UHGV virus genome: UHGV-1783985
From: a virus
Strand: one strand, 5' to 3'
Length of the DNA stretch: 38,400 nt
The notes beneath the pieces were generated by a model. That model was given only the letters and a program-made list of their open reading frames with translations. It had not been told where the DNA came from and searched no databases. Position 1 is the stretch's first letter, and the number at the start of each line of letters is the position of its first letter. The position numbers and the translations under genes are program-made. This document shows positions 30,301 to 38,325 of this stretch, piece by piece.

Positions 30301-30845
30301 TGCGGATAAATCACACTATAGAAGTTGTCTTTTCCACCCGCTGTAATCAATGTGCTTATGATTTTTGCAAAATCGTTGCGTTGGAACACGCTACCGATGT
30401 CGGAAGTTAGCAGGATGATGTTGCCTTTGGCATATGTAGAAACCAACTGTTCGAGCGAGAGACGCGGTACAAAGTAGAACTGTTCTCGTGTGTTGGCCGC
30501 CGTCATTAGTTCGCAGATGTCTCGATATCCCTGCTCATTTTTAATTAGAGCGGTAAAGGAGTAGTTCCGCCCACGCTCTAATGATTCCATACATCCCATA
30601 GACTCTTTAGCAAGTTTAGCCCGGTGCTCGTATGTGGGATCATCAACAATGTTTAGTTTCACACCACAAATAACCGCCATGTCGTCACCAGCGGCACGTT
30701 GTAGTGGAATAACACTCGCAATATTCATGCTATCTGCCGAAATTACAGCGGTGTAGCCAGCTTCTCTGGCAATCTTCACCGCGTTTTCTGCTTTTAGAGC
30801 CGACTCCCCAAGAGAGAAGTCAGTTCGAACCATCAGAGCCTTCAT
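27327..30845 (-). CDS. dnaE: DNA polymerase III alpha-type replicative polymerase (DnaE family)
   Basis: 1172-aa ORF; size and overall layout match the DnaE family; the N-terminal PHP-like region (MVRTDFSLGESALKAENAVKIAREAGYTAVI) lacks the canonical His pair and may be degenerate. Confidence 0.8.
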   Translation of the reverse strand: MKALMVRTDFSLGESALKAENAVKIAREAGYTAVISADSMNIASVIPLQRAAGDDMAVICGVKLNIVDDPTYEHRAKLAKESMGCMESLERGRNYSFTALIKNEQGYRDICELMTAANTREQFYFVPRLSLEQLVSTYAKGNIILLTSDIGSVFQRNDFAKIISTLITAGGKDNFYSVIYPHPTPFYDQINVRAMKVASALKIEPVAFYPAYYESIDDADIKDIAHMVTNNIKIDQPHRLRIPHQRDNAVNGRRHLLEALKAFSVRMDVPVTAAMASTTQDTIIDACTWRWHELPPALPKMADDEPATLMKLAVAGLRKRLTTKEFGYTPPASENRVYVERLKYEMDTLTRLGFCGYFLMVRDLMNHSRETGIPVGPGRGSSAGSLVAWCIGITNVDPIRHGLLFERFINPERLDLPDADLDFSQARRHEVIEYLNERYGEDYVAGIPNFTYLGAASALRDTARIYGVESADMAVSKELKNVEDDSLPLEELREQLASLDKYATKYPDAFNAACKLQSLMRGFGRHAAGMIVAGVPLTERTPVERRGDARCIAFDKRYCEAMGLIKLDVLGLATLDLLDSAKRYIKENTGEDINLDAISLEDRKVLDGFAAGYTQGVFQLESGPMRKLLKDLGGGIEPMSFKTVVATTALFRPGPIQSGMLDDYVSVAKGFMTPESLHPVLDELTAETNGVILYQEQTMNATRLLAGFTMAEADGVRSAIGKKNMEKMKSMGEKFIVQAQAGWIDVELEDGTTQRIHRAEHFKCEDGTLKTVEEALEHGAKLPINAVRVTASHPGLSEMKAKEIWTAFEKNGAYQFNKSHSVAYSLISYQSMWLKTHYPAEFFAAALTILGEDKHQGLVKDALTYGIRVLPPDVNVSSNRIEIRTLEDGSQVLYAPFSAVKGCSENGCQAIMRAREKVGGKFESLAQFEEAVEKRSCNSRVRESLQKVGAFASIEPGSLPATDPERLRDQAELMGNLVIDAVKASRPFEMNPKRSAEINVLMTRMAAEMSLGDELIRPSIGIKPKIMIILDNANGNDARTGYFMENGYDDFKAKLLTAGDLRMGDIYVTGVCKKMKDKEKDYTKDEIGQFTDFMREEINLVRPTYVLTCGSRATALFNNKNKPSDLVGRKEYLPDLDVTVFYGFNPNILYFRPEEGERLEAILADVAETIKT

Positions 30846-31025
30846 GTGTTTTTACCTTTCTGGTTTTTTTGATTTTGTCATTGGGGAAGCCTACGAACTT
30901 CCCATGCATCGAAATCGCAACTTCTTTTGCTGATTGGTGACAATCGGGCTTGTCTGGACATACCAGACAAGCCTTACCAGTTTCAGAAGCAGCGATAAGA
31001 GAGCCGAAACATCCTTTACGCACGA

Positions 31026-33308
31026 TTAACCAAATATTTTTTGAACAACTTCACGTGCCGCTTGCGCAGAAGCTGAAGGGAGTTTGTTAATGAAAGAACG
31101 CTCAATACCTGTCACAAAATCGCCTCGCATCATTCCAATCTTGGCCGACAACAAAAGCTCACGAGGCCCAATTGGTTGGCTAATATTGTGTTCTTCGTAT
31201 CCATCGCGAACGATACCGGCAAACTTAACCATCTTTTCAGCGTATTCATCCACAATGCCGGCATTTATCAACATGTTGATCTCTGCCTCTTTGCTCATGT
31301 ATTTCACATTCGAAACGATGCCAAAACGCGAAAAGTTCGCGGCGTTCTGGATGTTTGTACCCTGGTACAAGCCGGTTTCATCACCAGATCCGTTCGTGTT
31401 GCCAGTGCCAATGAAAGCAAACCGTTCATGCGGAGTAATGCGACGCCATTCTGGAGTCGCCTCTTTGATGACCAACGCTTCACCTTCCAGCACTGGCTGA
31501 TACACGCCAAGAATTTGTGGAAACGCAAAGTCGTATTCATCCGCGAGGTAAACCCAGCCATGCTTCATTGCGAGCGCAAGCAAGCCAGGTTCGAAATACG
31601 TAGAGCCATCACGCGCCAGAATTTGCCCCGTAACATGTGCCTCTTCCATTGATGCTGTATGTTGGGCACGGATCAACGGGCGATTGAGCAAAGCACATAG
31701 CTGTGTAGGCAGAGTTGTATTGTGCGTAACGATAAACTCTTCGGTGATGTACAGTTCATCATCTGCGCTTACTTTTATACATATGCACTCAGCCTCGCCA
31801 TCTTCCTCGATAGAGGTGATAAATCTGCTTGGCGGATTCTTGGTAGATGGAGACCAGTTTTTGGATTTCCGATCAGCGGAAAATGGGTTAATGAACATTT
31901 TCACGTTAATATCAGCATAGTAACCGCTCTTATGACGTTCTGCGGCTCCATCTTTTACTATCGCAGTTCCGCCTAAAGACTGAACAAGAAACTTCACACA
32001 TGCAGCCAGCTTTTCAGACGTGGTGGAGAAGTTTGTACGGTTTTGTCTCACGCTTCCGTCTGTATCCATCAGTCCTCGGAGTAAAGCGAGGCGATTTTCA
32101 GTGGAGTCGAAGAGATATTCATCTGGGATAAATTTTTCCCCTGATTGCACATTCAAACCCAGCCGTTTAATCTCATCCATCATTCTGTTTTGACGGAACT
32201 TTTTGCAGTCGATGATATTAAATTGCCGCCCGTTTTCACTCGTGTTTCTGAGCTTGCTGGTGCGCATACCATCAGGAAGAAGAGAATCGATTCTTCTCTT
32301 GATATCAATGTCTTCCGTACCCACGCTCATTGCTGGCGTGTTCCCTAATAAGTAACCGTCTCCAATTAACGCACCTAATAAATAGGGATGGATGAGATGT
32401 TCCTGCGAGGGCCACTCGACAGCTTTAGTTAAAGGAACTTTGAACTTGCACTGACCACCAGAATTTCTGATTCCCAAGTCAATCATTTCTTTGGTCGTTC
32501 TGATTTTTGCATGTTGCTTGTAGCTCTTGCCGTTTTTGGTCTTGTATTCATGTGTAGGTAGGATATGCCAAAGATGTTCGCCGCAAGCTCGTGTGCTAGA
32601 ACCATCTCTAAAGGTGATGCGATAAATTGGCTTAATCCCTTGTGGGAAGATGCCTGTTATCTTTGTGGACTTTCCGTTAGATCCGAATACCTCATCACCA
32701 ACTTTCAAATCACCAAAGCGCACCATCCCTCTTGGTGTTGGGATTAGCGTATCTACTGGCTGGGCCTTGCCTGTTCCTGCATGACCCCACAAATAGCCAG
32801 GTATGCCAAGTTCAAGCATCATGAAAATATCTTTGATCAGTTCGAAGTCGCCATATACGTAGCCCTTCTTCACTTCGGGAACGAACTCTGGAAACGGCGT
32901 ATTGACGTTGACGCTAACCATGAGCGGCGTCCCACGTTTTGTTCCGAGTTCTTCCACCGTTACGTTTAGCAGTTCGTGAGCTGCGACCAGATCTGTCTTG
33001 TACTCAACTGTGCCTGTGTAGCCTGGGCTACTGGTCACGCCAGAAGATTTGGCCAGTTCGCTTTTTTGCTCGGCACGTTTAGCTTGAATTGCATCAAGTG
33101 CCTTTTTCGATAGCGTTGGCTCATCTGGAAACTGCGTTGTGTACATTTTCAGTACGGTGTCAGGGTCGGAATCTTTTACTGACTCAGGAATGCCCTCACA
33201 ATTACCATTGGCTACATGGGACTTAAAATAGTGAAATGATTTGCCGCACCACTTGCAAACAAGGTAATCAGAAGGATTTTTTTCATTTTGCAGTGCAGTA
33301 GTCGTCAT
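31026..33308 (-). CDS. CobS/MoxR-like AAA+ ATPase interrupted by an intein in the P-loop
   Basis: 760-aa ORF; junction ...GYLWGHAGTGK | AQPVD...IVTHN | TTLPTQLCALL. Spliced product (about 411 aa) restores Walker A GHAGTGKTTL; N-terminal Cys-rich segment CKWCGK...H...C. Confidence 0.7.
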   Translation of the reverse strand: MTTTALQNEKNPSDYLVCKWCGKSFHYFKSHVANGNCEGIPESVKDSDPDTVLKMYTTQFPDEPTLSKKALDAIQAKRAEQKSELAKSSGVTSSPGYTGTVEYKTDLVAAHELLNVTVEELGTKRGTPLMVSVNVNTPFPEFVPEVKKGYVYGDFELIKDIFMMLELGIPGYLWGHAGTGKAQPVDTLIPTPRGMVRFGDLKVGDEVFGSNGKSTKITGIFPQGIKPIYRITFRDGSSTRACGEHLWHILPTHEYKTKNGKSYKQHAKIRTTKEMIDLGIRNSGGQCKFKVPLTKAVEWPSQEHLIHPYLLGALIGDGYLLGNTPAMSVGTEDIDIKRRIDSLLPDGMRTSKLRNTSENGRQFNIIDCKKFRQNRMMDEIKRLGLNVQSGEKFIPDEYLFDSTENRLALLRGLMDTDGSVRQNRTNFSTTSEKLAACVKFLVQSLGGTAIVKDGAAERHKSGYYADINVKMFINPFSADRKSKNWSPSTKNPPSRFITSIEEDGEAECICIKVSADDELYITEEFIVTHNTTLPTQLCALLNRPLIRAQHTASMEEAHVTGQILARDGSTYFEPGLLALAMKHGWVYLADEYDFAFPQILGVYQPVLEGEALVIKEATPEWRRITPHERFAFIGTGNTNGSGDETGLYQGTNIQNAANFSRFGIVSNVKYMSKEAEINMLINAGIVDEYAEKMVKFAGIVRDGYEEHNISQPIGPRELLLSAKIGMMRGDFVTGIERSFINKLPSASAQAAREVVQKIFG
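31719..32765 (-). mobile_element. Intein (Ala-1, candidate class 3) with LAGLIDADG homing-endonuclease domain inside the AAA+ ATPase gene
   Basis: Residues 182-530: begins with Ala, ends THN with Thr+1; Trp in block-B-like ACGEHLWHIL, Cys in block-F-like ECICIKV, Thr in terminal VTHN (WCT arrangement); LAGLIDADG motifs LLGALIGDGYL and LLRGLMDTDGSV. Codon boundaries checked. Confidence 0.6.
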
Positions 33309-33403
33309 GCGTTTTTCCTTTGTTCTCTAATGAGCGTTCAACCTCTTATATAAATATACCATTAACTATCGTAAGTGGTTACTTATCGTTAAGGCTGTTT
33401 TAT

Positions 33404-35512
33404 TCACTTCAAAATGATACGAGATAGTTCAGTAACTACAGATGAACCAAGACTATCAACGCTCGTTACCAGGGCATGATTTGAGTAAAATCTCTCCGGT
33501 GCGTCAGTCATGATGCCAATTGCCATCAAATCAATGTCAGTCTGCGTTTCAATTTGCTTCGCAACCGAACGCAAATGAGCGTCAAACCCTCTCCCAACAG
33601 CCCACGGCGCGCCATCACTCAGAACAAGCATGATCTTCCTGTCCTCCATGCGACCGGAAAATAACGATGCAAGGCTGGCTATACTTTCACCATCCACGTT
33701 ATTAAGAAGTGGGAATGTGTAGCCTACGCACCCCATACGTGAGCGAACTTCGCGAGAATTTACCTTTTCATTCCAATTTTTGATGATAGGTAGCATTAAA
33801 GACTCAAAGCGAGAGAACTCATACTTGACAGCCTTAAGTTCTCCTGCCGCCATATGACTACCAAATGTAGTGAAGCCGGTGATAATGTTGGGAACATTTA
33901 TTCGATCAAGGGCATCGGCGATGGTATATGCACTTGCAAGAGCCAATTGTATCGTTATACCACACATTGAACCTGATAAATCAATCACTTGTTGAACACA
34001 GGCGTTAACGGCTTTAGATTCTTCTTTTTTACGAAACACGCGATCATCATTCATTGCTAATCTGTAGATACTAGAACCATGAATGCGCCCCCGACGCTGG
34101 CCCGGTATAAACTGAACTCTGTTTCTGCTTGCTATTGCTCGCTCCAGGTCTTTTGCCAGCGTCGACGAAACACCTGACGAAAGATGCTTTTCAATATATT
34201 TGTCGAAGAGCTGGTTGCCTTCAGGAACGATGCGATAGCGGCTGATTGGATATCCTCCTAAATCAATATCGGAGAATGTTTTAATAAGCCGTTTGATATG
34301 GGCTTCTGCCTGATCAATCGAGCCGATGAAGTCGTATGAGCGATTGTATGGCCTGTATTCGCTTTTCGAGCTTTCTGTTAACTCGCTTTTAATCGTTTCG
34401 GATATAGCATCTTCTGTCATGCCTCCGACTTCATCTTCTATGCTATCCAGCTCCTCTAAAGCCTCTTCCAGACTCATTTTTGACGGAGTTGGAATATCTG
34501 AAGAGCCGTCTTCTGTCGTTTTTCTTTTTTCGTGGTCAGCGGTTAATGATTCTGACGCCGCGTTATCAGAAGCATCAGAATCTGATACCTCTTTATCATT
34601 TTCTGTATCATCGAATATTGTTTCTGATGATTCAGAATTATCTGAATCATTACTGTCGTTATTATCATGTTTGTGCTTACTGTGTGATTCTGATTTGATA
34701 GATTTGTGATTATCTAACGATGAGGGTGTCTCATGATCTTCGTTATCTTCATTGTTTTCTCCAGAGGCATCCGTCTGGTCAGCGTCTGAAGGATCGGAAG
34801 TTTTTCCCGGAGCTGACTCCTTACCTTTGCTTTCGCTTTCAGTGTCTTTGAGGATCTTAGCTATGGTCGCAGCCACCTTTACACAATCCTCGGTGCAAGA
34901 CATGTTACGCACGGCCACATCGATACCATGTTCTTTTAATAATGAAATTGGTTTCTCAATGACAGGCCAGTATTCATCCATGAAATCTACGAACGGTGCT
35001 TGGCCATCCCAGGCTCTTACAACCGGACAGAGAAAGAAGTTTAGAAAAAGCGCGCGCTGATCTTTGCCACAATAAGCAATAGCCTCTGAAGCCTTTGGTT
35101 TAAAGACTTTTCCGATTATAAGGCGCTGAGTTGCCATCAGATTACGTCTCGTTCCGTTAAAGACCTGCCCCATTTTTCGCTCGATGAACACGTCTTCTAA
35201 GGCATTCCATAGCGACCAGGAAGGAACGCGTCCTTTTTCTCTCATTTTGTTGGACACACGAATATCGGTAAACAAAATGTGAGCAACCTCATGATCGAGA
35301 AATCCGCGCACAGCATTCATCAATGCCGGTGTTGCGTTATCCGGGATTGATGGGATGTTTACGAGAATTGGCTCTCCATCATCGTTATAGCGTACATAAG
35401 CGTCGTCCCCTCGTTCTGCAACAGGGATGTTTTTACCTGAAAGGAGAGCGACTACTCGTTTTACACTGTCACGGAAGTCCTGAACCTCTTTGATGGAACG
35501 TTTTTTAGACAT
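33404..35512 (-). CDS. vWA-domain protein (CobT-like partner of the AAA+ ATPase) with long acidic low-complexity insert
   Basis: 702 aa; C-terminal vWA-like block (VIDLSGSM, ITGFTTFG, VLSDGAPW); central 130 residues are S/D/E/N-rich (SDPSDADQTDASGENNEDNEDHET...). Confidence 0.65.
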   Translation of the reverse strand: MSKKRSIKEVQDFRDSVKRVVALLSGKNIPVAERGDDAYVRYNDDGEPILVNIPSIPDNATPALMNAVRGFLDHEVAHILFTDIRVSNKMREKGRVPSWSLWNALEDVFIERKMGQVFNGTRRNLMATQRLIIGKVFKPKASEAIAYCGKDQRALFLNFFLCPVVRAWDGQAPFVDFMDEYWPVIEKPISLLKEHGIDVAVRNMSCTEDCVKVAATIAKILKDTESESKGKESAPGKTSDPSDADQTDASGENNEDNEDHETPSSLDNHKSIKSESHSKHKHDNNDSNDSDNSESSETIFDDTENDKEVSDSDASDNAASESLTADHEKRKTTEDGSSDIPTPSKMSLEEALEELDSIEDEVGGMTEDAISETIKSELTESSKSEYRPYNRSYDFIGSIDQAEAHIKRLIKTFSDIDLGGYPISRYRIVPEGNQLFDKYIEKHLSSGVSSTLAKDLERAIASRNRVQFIPGQRRGRIHGSSIYRLAMNDDRVFRKKEESKAVNACVQQVIDLSGSMCGITIQLALASAYTIADALDRINVPNIITGFTTFGSHMAAGELKAVKYEFSRFESLMLPIIKNWNEKVNSREVRSRMGCVGYTFPLLNNVDGESIASLASLFSGRMEDRKIMLVLSDGAPWAVGRGFDAHLRSVAKQIETQTDIDLMAIGIMTDAPERFYSNHALVTSVDSLGSSVVTELSRIILK

Positions 35513-35610
35513 GGCTAATCCTTTGTTATGAAAACAAATTATTTACTAGTGTGTTTAATGTAGCACTGCGCGAACAGGGAACTAAGCCATTCGCGCAGGG
35601 AGAAGAGGGG

Positions 35611-35823
35611 TTAACAGATTCTGACGGCTAAAGACCCGGAGCCGGTATTGAGAAGCGTGAAGCGTTTGTTGTTAAGTTCGAATATAAAGCCAGTTGTGTC
35701 ATTCAAACCAACCTGAATCTGCTCATTCGGAAGATCGGTGAGGATGTCAGCTACACACTCATCAGCTAATTTCTGTACGTGTCCGGTCTCAAGAGCGATT
35801 AGGCTGGAAATAGTGGTTTTCAT
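35611..35823 (-). CDS. Hypothetical small protein
   Basis: 70-aa ORF. Confidence 0.4.
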   Translation of the reverse strand: MKTTISSLIALETGHVQKLADECVADILTDLPNEQIQVGLNDTTGFIFELNNKRFTLLNTGSGSLAVRIC

Positions 35824-36028
35824 TCAATCAATCCATTCTAACTTATACTATGGTAAGGAATACTACTAAAATTTGTATCAATACTGAATACATCTATATC
35901 AGATGCAAGTTAATTTTCTTACCTATTTTGGGCTAGTTCTTCTCCATGCATGGACCTTTGCTCGGTCTTACAAGTGCCTGCCGAAAAAATGATAATAGCT
36001 TTACAACCCTAACCTTTGATGTAATATC

Positions 36029-36042
36029 GGTAAGCACTTACC
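36029..36042. promoter_or_regulatory. Perfect palindrome GGTAAGCACTTACC, candidate operator upstream of the HTH gene
   Basis: 14-bp perfect inverted repeat 32 nt upstream of the HTH gene start; related half-sites GGTAAG / CTTACC recur twice more in the same divergent intergenic region. Confidence 0.45.
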
Positions 36043-36073
36043 AGAGAGAATTAAACGCGCAAAGGTTATAACG

Positions 36074-36460
36074 ATGTCTGAAAACAAAATTGAATTTATT
36101 GAAAGTCGCTATGCTGCTGTTATTGCAGGGCTGATTGAATCCTCATCTATGAGTCAGGCACAAATAGCCAGACTTATTGGTTATAAAAATGCCAACAACC
36201 TTTCTTTAATTAAAAGTGGCAAAATTCCTTTGCCTATCGATAAGGTTCGTCCGCTGGCGCTGGCACTGGATATTGAGCCAAGTCGCCTTATGATGATGGT
36301 TCTGGAAGAACGCCAACCTGAACTCGCAGCATTTTTATACAAAGAAGGCACCGCTCCTCTTAACGAGGACGAAAAACAGGTTCTTGCTGCATATAACGAG
36401 CGATTCGGTAAAGAGAAAGGCGCATCACAAAAGGTTGTTGAGGCCATAAAGTCTCTATGA
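36074..36460 (+). CDS. Helix-turn-helix transcriptional regulator (XRE/Cro-CI-like)
   Basis: 128 aa on the plus strand; HTH-like segment SQAQIARLIGYKNANNLSLIKSGK; convergent with and overlapping the integrase stop by 6 nt. Confidence 0.6.
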   Translation: MSENKIEFIESRYAAVIAGLIESSSMSQAQIARLIGYKNANNLSLIKSGKIPLPIDKVRPLALALDIEPSRLMMMVLEERQPELAAFLYKEGTAPLNEDEKQVLAAYNERFGKEKGASQKVVEAIKSL

Positions 36461-37558
36461 AAAATTTACACGAATAAGCTCTGTTGATAGACGATCTCCC
36501 TTGAATTTGTGGTCAATTTCGTCTAAATCCGGTTGCTCTACGATTGATGCGATGTACGTCGAGAAACTTTCTAAGGCGTCTCGCATCTCGTCCATATAAT
36601 CGTGTCGATCGTAGACCCGATCTATCCCCTCAAGACTGTGGTTCATGATTTTGCGTGATACCTCCTGGCTTATGCCTAATGCTGGGAAGTAACTACGCGC
36701 AGTACGGCGCAAATCTCGGGGTGTAAATGGCTCAAGCTCCATCAGTTCTGGTCGGTCCAGAATACGACGTAATGCCTGGGCTATTGCCACTTTAGACATA
36801 GGAAGGTCTTTCCCGATTTTTTTATTCGAAGGCACAAGCCACTGGCTGTCTTTGCCGTATTCGAACAATTCTTCAATGCATGTGCGCATTAATGTGCTTA
36901 AAGGCAGCGAATGCTCACGTGCTGACTTGTTTCTCTTGCCTTGATTCCAAACCCCACGCTTAAGATTGAACTCACTTTTTTTAGCCCGCAGAACTTCGTC
37001 AGGTCGTCTTGCCGATACAAGGCATAGCCTGGCCGCCCATTTTGTACCAGCGCACACATTGAAGTAGTCCCATATATTCCAGAACACCCATACCTCTGCG
37101 TCGGTCAGCTTCCGCTCGCGAGGCGTGGGCTTTGCGCCACCGGCAACTTTGTTCAGTGACATATCGTTTAACGGTGACACGTCGATCATCCCCTGGAAGG
37201 CGCACCAGCTGAGGAACTGCTTCATCAGAGAGAAAACGCGGCGGCCCATAACAATTTTGCCATCCAGTATTAGTGGGTTGACCAGTTGGTTCACCATGAA
37301 CCTATTAATATCACTTACTTTTACGTCGGCAATGTGCGGCAAAACATGTATCAAAATACAATGAACAGCGATCTCTGGCCGACGTCTTGTTATCAGCAGA
37401 GATAAGCGAGTGAATAACATGAATGCGTCCGAGAATCTCATGTCATTGCTGACCTGGGAGATCATAACGGCCTGCATTTGAGATGCTCTTTCGAGATACT
37501 CAATCGCCTCTTTTGAGGTGTTCTCCGCAGCGCGTGCTCTGTCAAAGCTATTTTTCAT
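36455..37558 (-). CDS. Tyrosine recombinase / phage-type integrase
   Basis: 367 aa; catalytic-domain-like blocks RRPDEVLRAKKSEF, FTPRDLRRTARSYF and C-terminal IDRVYDRHDY (candidate catalytic Tyr). Confidence 0.7.
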   Translation of the reverse strand: MKNSFDRARAAENTSKEAIEYLERASQMQAVMISQVSNDMRFSDAFMLFTRLSLLITRRRPEIAVHCILIHVLPHIADVKVSDINRFMVNQLVNPLILDGKIVMGRRVFSLMKQFLSWCAFQGMIDVSPLNDMSLNKVAGGAKPTPRERKLTDAEVWVFWNIWDYFNVCAGTKWAARLCLVSARRPDEVLRAKKSEFNLKRGVWNQGKRNKSAREHSLPLSTLMRTCIEELFEYGKDSQWLVPSNKKIGKDLPMSKVAIAQALRRILDRPELMELEPFTPRDLRRTARSYFPALGISQEVSRKIMNHSLEGIDRVYDRHDYMDEMRDALESFSTYIASIVEQPDLDEIDHKFKGDRLSTELIRVNFS

Positions 37559-37656
37559 ATGACAATCACCGAGTTACGCCGTTGCACTGTATAAGTAAAC
37601 AGTATATTAGGCATAGATTCTTATAGGATCAAGAGTAAAAGTAACTCATTTTCAGT

Positions 37657-37711
37657 AATGATTCCATACATAGTAGGTATGGAATCATTTTGACGTTGTT
37701 TTTTGAATTTT
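37657..37711 (+). terminator. Plus-strand intrinsic terminator-like hairpin
   Basis: 12-bp perfect stem AATGATTCCATA / TATGGAATCATT with 9-nt loop, followed by TTGACGTTGTTTTTTGAATTTT. Confidence 0.45.
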
Positions 37712-37735
37712 AAGGGAAACGGGAGTGAGTTTGGT

Positions 37736-37763
37736 GGGAATAAAAACGGCTCCTGTGAGCCGT
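37736..37763 (-). terminator. Intrinsic terminator downstream of the glutaredoxin gene
   Basis: Hairpin AACGGCTC-CTGT-GAGCCGTT followed on the minus strand by TTTTTATT, immediately after the glutaredoxin stop. Confidence 0.6.
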
Positions 37764-37768
37764 TAAAA

Positions 37769-38014
37769 TCAGAGGGTGCTGACGTATGCAGCCAGTTCTG
37801 TGTATCCGCCAATCGGCTGGCCGTCGATCAGTACCTGTGGGATAGTCTCTACCGGTTTACCAACAATTTCACTTAGTTTTTCCTTGTCGATACCGGCTGT
37901 GGTGATGTCGATGTACTCATAATCACCGCAGCCATGCCCCTTTAGTTGCTTTGCCAGCTCGACCGCACGTTTGCAGTAAGAGCAGTTATCTCGTCCGTAG
38001 ATAGTGATCGTCAT
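37769..38014 (-). CDS. Glutaredoxin-like protein (NrdH/NrdC-type redoxin)
   Basis: 81 aa; MTITIYGRDNCSYCKRA with CxxC active site and glutaredoxin-like C-terminal region VETIPQVLIDGQPIGGYTEL. Confidence 0.8.
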   Translation of the reverse strand: MTITIYGRDNCSYCKRAVELAKQLKGHGCGDYEYIDITTAGIDKEKLSEIVGKPVETIPQVLIDGQPIGGYTELAAYVSTL

Positions 38015-38058
38015 TACTTCTCCTTACAAAGTTCGATTTGACTATTTCAGTTACAAAA

Positions 38059-38085
38059 AAGGGGCCGAAGCCCCTTTGAATTTTG
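38059..38085 (-). terminator. Intrinsic terminator downstream of the tRNA cluster
   Basis: GC-rich hairpin GGGGCTTCGGCCCC (minus strand) followed by TTTTTT. Confidence 0.7.
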
Positions 38086-38230
38086 CGCTGACAGAAGAGT
38101 TGCTGGGATGTTAGTAAGCTATGGTAAGAACGTCTGCAGTAATTGTCTATCACAGCGTTGAGCGGTCTGGTTTATGTTAGCGGAGTCTTAATCTGGGTGA
38201 TTAAAAGGCCAAACCGCTCAACGCTGTGGC

Positions 38231-38317
38231 TGGCGGAGAGTAATGGAATCGAACCATCATCGCTTGCGCAATGGGACGGTTTTCAAGACCGTTTGAGCAC
38301 CATGCTCCCTACTCTCC
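38231..38317 (-). tRNA. tRNA-Ser (anticodon UGA), long variable arm
   Basis: Minus-strand sequence GGAGAGT...ACGGT-CTTGAAA-ACCGT...GGTTCGATTCC...ACTCTCCGCCA folds as a cloverleaf with 7-bp acceptor stem, anticodon loop CU-UGA-AA, long variable arm and encoded CCA. Confidence 0.8.
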
Positions 38318-38325
38318 AATTGTTG

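Noticed and set aside
30820-31023. 67-aa ORF between the AAA+ ATPase and polymerase genes, with CLVCPDKPDC
   Set aside because: It overlaps the DnaE start in another frame and has no clear RBS; could be a real small zinc-binding protein but evidence is insufficient.
35566-35600. Inverted repeat CTGCGCGAA...TTCGCGCAG downstream of the 70-aa gene
   Set aside because: Not followed by a T-run on either strand, so not a convincing terminator; function undetermined.
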